DNA of 64,000 nt from Octopus vulgaris. Taxonomy: Eukaryota. The stretch covers positions 14,384,001-14,448,000 of the forward strand of contig OX597821.1 of NCBI GenBank assembly GCA_951406725.2, written 5' to 3'. Both the position numbers and the translations under genes were made by a program. Shown piece after piece: positions 62,129-64,000 of this stretch (position 1 is its first letter; the number at the start of each line of letters is the position of its first letter). The notes under the pieces are model-generated. The model saw nothing but the letters and a program-made list of their open reading frames with translations. It was not told the origin of the DNA and made no database searches.

Positions 62129-63205
62129 CTGCATTGAAGTATCAGTTGAAGCTTGGGTCGTCATCCGATGCAAAGACTCCTCATCTATATCCAACAGGTT
62201 GGTGTTGCTGGGATTTTCCTGATTCTCTTTGCAGTTGAAGTTTGTTGTTCCACCTTGCCCACTCAACTTGGGTGTATTGGGGTTTGAGCCCCGCATCACA
62301 CAAGGCGGTGGTGAACTCATGGATTTCGTCTCCACACTGTTTGTATCCCAGTCGTTTCTAGGAACCTCGGAGGCAACATCCATTAAGTCGACACTTTTGG
62401 CGAAGGCATCCCTCAGATTGACGGAGTGGAAGGAGACTATGCTTCCATTCCTCTTCGCCCGCTCGAGAGCCTCCTTACGTTTCAATGCTTTTTCTCTTCT
62501 CATCTGATCTTTATAAAATTCGGCGAAATTATTGACAATGATTGGAATTGGAAGCGCAATAACTAGCACACCACAAATACAACATACGCCACCAACAACT
62601 TTTCCCAGGATCGTCGTCGGGTAGATGTCACCATATCCTACCGTCGTCATAGTGATGGCAGCCCACCAGAATGTTTCGGGGATACTAACGTACTTAGTTC
62701 CTGGTTCGTCTTTTTCCGCAAAGTAGGCAAGGCTTGAGAATAAGAGTATTCCAATGGCCAAAAACATCATTAATAGACCTAGCTCTTTATAACTTCTCTG
62801 TAAAGTGTACCCTAAGGATTGCAGACCAGTTGAATGTCTTGCAAGTTTTAGAATTCGCAGAATTCTCATTATTCGAAAGATTTGCACCACTCTGCGGACA
62901 TTTTGGAACTGTTCCGTCGTACTCTTGTTGGTCTCAGTCAATCCTAGGGAAATGAAATAAGGCATGATTGCCAATAGGTCTATAATGTTCAAAGGTCCTT
63001 TGAAAAATTTCCACTTATTCGGGGAGGCCCAGAATCGTCCCAGATATTCCAAGGTAAACCATCCAATGCAAACAGCTTCTACAATTGCAAGCTGTGGGTT
63101 ATCAGCCCCTTCCTGCTCTCCTTCACCTTTGAGCCCAGGAATTGTGTTTAATGTTAGCGCCACGGTAGACAGGACAATGAAGAGAATGGACACAATGGCC
63201 AAGAC
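62129..63205 (-). CDS. Shab: Internal exon of a Kv2 (Shab-family) voltage-gated potassium channel: S1-S6, pore and proximal C-terminus
   Basis: The ORF has an S4 ([29 protein letters not shown]), a pore ([18 protein letters not shown]) and an S6 [13 protein letters not shown] typical of Kv2. Acceptor ttttcAG at 63207-63206, donor CAG/GTGAGT at 62128; 1077 nt, phase 0/0. The T1 domain lies outside the window. Confidence 0.95.
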
Positions 63206-63429
63206 CTGAAAAATGTTTTCAAATTCTGGTAACGCTGAAAAAATACACAGGTTAACGAATGGATCTCTTAAAAGATACTCCTAGATAGGGACTTAAATAA
63301 ATAATAGTAAGCTGTTACTCACACCAAAGCATGACTTTGACAAGATAAGGAGTGGGTAAGGAATTTAAAAAAAAAAAATTGGAAGAAAGACAGTTGAAAG
63401 CAAAGTAGCATATGTAAGATATGCTATGA

Positions 63430-63690
63430 ATAGTAGTAGTAGTAGTAATGGTAGTAGTAGTAGTAGTAGTAATAGTAGTTGTAGTAGTAGTAGTAGTAGT
63501 AGCAGTAGTAGTAGTAGTAGGTGGAGGTGGTGGTAGTAGTAGTAATGGAGGACGCGGAGATGGTAGTAGTATTAGTAGTAGTAGTGGTAGTAATAGTAGT
63601 TGTAGTAGTAGCAGTAGTAGTTGTAAAAGTAGTAGTAGTAATAGTAATGATTGTAATAGTAATAATAGTGGTGGTGGTAGTAGTAAATAA
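63430..63690. repeat. Degenerate (TAG)n trinucleotide repeat in the intron upstream of the Kv2 exon
   Basis: Direct reading. Confidence 0.9.
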
Positions 63691-63886
63691 TTGTGGGTCA
63701 TCCATAGGGACAGTAGGAGACGGCTTTGATATTTTTATAGCAGCCAGCTTTAGCCACTAAATTGGTAGTGGATGCTGTACATGAAGAGGTGTGCTAGCTG
63801 TTACGCTGACAATCCACAGAATAGCAGATAGTATGTATGGGAATATATAAATACATACATAAATATACATAAATATATACATATAC

Positions 63887-63929
<43 letters not shown>

Positions 63930-64000
63930 ATAAATGTATATATATACATATACTGTATAAGCATATTTATAAAGAAGTCTGAAAATTGGAAGTAATCACT

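Overview
AT-rich, microsatellite-dense animal DNA; the SINE repertoire and the Kv2 protein suggest an octopus/coleoid cephalopod (inference). The only host coding sequence I can support is one 1077-bp minus-strand exon of a Kv2/Shab voltage-gated K+ channel (62129-63205, S1-S6 plus proximal C-terminus). It ends in a GT donor, so much of the window is probably its intron. The rest is retroelements: several tRNA-derived SINE families, decayed CR1/L2-group, RTE and R4-like LINEs, non-autonomous Helitrons and a Tc1/mariner MITE. The main discovery is a set of non-coding, hammerhead-ribozyme (HHR)-bearing retroelements with Penelope-type ends (an inverted tail-less arm plus a tailed arm; 12-bp TSDs on three copies). 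The best example is a near-perfect 6.5 x 359-bp array (19405-21736). Each full unit carries a type I hammerhead with a variant core (CCGAUGA, palindromic stem III) at the tip of a long rod, and the array starts exactly at the predicted cleavage site, as expected for a retrozyme/circular-RNA intermediate. Related 353-357-nt subfamilies, other HHR families and a tRNA-headed HHR element are also present. All structures were read by eye; no folding or database search was run.
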